A stretch of 63,022 nucleotides of DNA, counting the filler, from Globobulimina sp. (lineage: Eukaryota), in assembly GCA_003354225.1 (NCBI GenBank). It is 30 parts of 30 records of this genome, joined end to end, with 100 filler letters (N's around TTAATTAATTAA, not from the genome) between each part and the next. Parts side by side here need not be neighbours in the genome. Positions count along the whole stretch, not along the records: positions 61,021 to 63,022 come from PIVH01009839.1; 29 more parts are not named here. One strand, written 5' to 3'. Each line of letters opens with the position of its first letter. The first letter of the stretch is position 1. The position numbers and the translations under genes are program-made. Below the pieces are notes generated by a model that was given only the letters and a program-made list of their open reading frames with translations, was not told the origin of the DNA and searched no databases. This document shows positions 61,472-63,022 of the stretch, one piece after another.

Positions 61472-62665
61472 ATGGCACAAGAAAATACAAAAAAAGTAAC
61501 CTTATCTTTCACCTCCAAAAGCAAAAAAGTGAGCTCTGCGCTAGATCTTCGACAACAATCCATTTCAAAACATCGCGACAATGACTCAATCACACAACAA
61601 ACTGTCACAAATATCAAAGATAACCTATCCAATCATCATAGCAATAACAGCAAACAACACATAGTAATACCATTAATTAAACATAATAAATGGAGAAAAC
61701 CAAGCAGCAAACCACCACCTTTAGAATCAGAGTCAGAGTCAGATGCTCTCACAAAACAACAACAAGACGCAGTGAATTTGATTGCAAACAATTTGAATGA
61801 CAGCAACGATAATTCTGTATCTGTGGCACCAATAATCCTCGCACCAAAACAACAATGCGTACACACGGATGCTTTCAATGAGATGGAAGCAAACAAAGTG
61901 CCTGGAATTGAAGACGTAGTAAATGTAAAAAAAAGGTTAGACATTGACGTGGCACTTCGCCCAAAGCAGCCAGATAACGAGGAATATGCTTCCGTTCCAC
62001 TGTTTAATTTCGGTGAGGCCATATTGCGTGGAATGGGATGGAACCGCAATATACCGGTTGGTAACCAATACGGTGCCAATAAAAACCAATTGAAAATACC
62101 GAAAACCACCGCTATTAAACCTAGGCCAAAGAACCTGGGCTTTGGTGCTGTTTTAACTAAAAAAGAGGCAAAACATCTCATTGAAAAGAAATATAATCCA
62201 AAAAAACAAAGAACCGCAGCGGAGAAAAAACGTATTCGAGAGATTCAAAGTTTTACTGAAACGGGGCTGGAGCCTCCAAAAAAAAAGCAAAAAATTGTTG
62301 AGAATGGGAACGGATTTGGGGGTAAAAAAGAGAGAATAAAATGGGTCAGAAATGGATTGAAAGTGCGATGTATAAATAAGGAGAACGGATATTTTCGAGC
62401 AAAGGGGATTGTGAATGATGTTATTGATGAATATAGATTTTTAATTGAAATGTGTACTGATTCAAAGTTATTGACATTGTATGAATACGAAATTGAGACT
62501 GTAATAACGAAAAAAGGTGAATTAGTGGTTATTTTAAACGGTAAAAATAGGAAAGAGAAAGCATGTATTTTGAAGAAGGACAAACATGCACAATATGCAA
62601 CGCTTCAACTGCAACATGATTTGTCTATTGTTAAATGCCATTATGATGATATCTGTGCTATTTAA
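61472..62665 (+). CDS. GPKOW: G-patch and KOW domain spliceosomal protein (GPKOW/Spp2/MOS2)
   Basis: RPKQPDNEEYASVPLFNFGEAILRGMGW...RPKNLGFGA, then the KOW region WVRNGLKVRCI...IETVI...CHYDDIC. Complete and intronless. Confidence 0.9.
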   Translation: MAQENTKKVTLSFTSKSKKVSSALDLRQQSISKHRDNDSITQQTVTNIKDNLSNHHSNNSKQHIVIPLIKHNKWRKPSSKPPPLESESESDALTKQQQDAVNLIANNLNDSNDNSVSVAPIILAPKQQCVHTDAFNEMEANKVPGIEDVVNVKKRLDIDVALRPKQPDNEEYASVPLFNFGEAILRGMGWNRNIPVGNQYGANKNQLKIPKTTAIKPRPKNLGFGAVLTKKEAKHLIEKKYNPKKQRTAAEKKRIREIQSFTETGLEPPKKKQKIVENGNGFGGKKERIKWVRNGLKVRCINKENGYFRAKGIVNDVIDEYRFLIEMCTDSKLLTLYEYEIETVITKKGELVVILNGKNRKEKACILKKDKHAQYATLQLQHDLSIVKCHYDDICAI

Positions 62666-62744
62666 GTCAACCATTGAACGCTCTTTCCATGATGAGAATG
62701 CATGAAAATTTAAAAAAACTGTTACTTGTCTCAAGTATCAGATC

Positions 62745-63022
62745 ATGGCTGCGCCCCAAGAAAAAGATTTATCCACATCATCATTACGAGCGCACGGCAA
62801 GGGATGGAATGCATTGTTAGTGTTGGATGCGAATGAAATCCCTAAATTTGCATGTAATGCATGCCACAATATTTGCAAAGATGCAGTGGAGTTATCATGT
62901 GAGCATATTGATGACGAATTGGATTTATTTTGTAATGATTGTTTGCTCGAAGTGTTAGACGGTAATAATCAAATATGTCCAATAAATCCATCGCATAAAC
63001 AAACAAGCTGTCAATCATCGCG
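62745..63022 (+). CDS. TRAF-type RING finger protein N-terminus, copy B (3' partial)
   Basis: MAAPQEKDLSTSSLRAHGKGW...FACNACHNICKDAVELSCEH...CPINPSH. Inverted copy of 61021-61276. Confidence 0.75.
   Translation, partial: MAAPQEKDLSTSSLRAHGKGWNALLVLDANEIPKFACNACHNICKDAVELSCEHIDDELDLFCNDCLLEVLDGNNQICPINPSHKQTSCQSS

Noticed and set aside
1-63022. rRNA, tRNA and other structured RNA genes
   Set aside because: None recognised by eye. A covariance-model scan (tRNAscan-SE, Infernal/Rfam) would be needed to exclude them.

Overview
This window is not one locus. It is 30 unrelated contigs of 2,006 to 2,002 bp, sorted by length and joined by an artificial 100-bp spacer (N44-TTAATTAATTAA-N44), so no gene neighbourhood can be read across a spacer. 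Most contigs are AT-rich eukaryotic DNA with compact genes and short (about 45-100 nt) GT-AG introns. A GG-A-MQIF ubiquitin junction and the SPRY/SAM/TRAF-RING/RCC1 family content point to a rhizarian, most likely a foraminiferan (inference). One contig is Bacteroidota DNA (porU divergent from a porP/sprF gene) and one ends in a bacterial fragment. Recognisable eukaryotic genes: COMMD9, a J-domain protein, a Upf1-like SF1 helicase, DHPS, vWA, aldo-keto reductase, kinase, RCC1, CNOT2, FYVE, SDR, sulfotransferase, FGGY kinase, pectin acetylesterase/Notum, Kazal, BAR-like, XK-like, FN3 and GPKOW. Best leads: (1) a ubiquitin-like + ubiquitin(G75A) + 2OG-Fe(II) oxygenase fusion; (2) a voltage-sensor/PTEN-type protein whose catalytic residues are lost; (3) a contig that closes into a 1,884-bp circle or tandem unit; (4) a gene whose introns carry 11 perfect copies of the palindrome AGTTT(G/C)AAACT; (5) an intron whose 5' half copies the preceding exon; (6) GPKOW flanked by an inverted duplication with a MITE at one boundary. 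All family calls come from motif recognition by eye; no database search was run.
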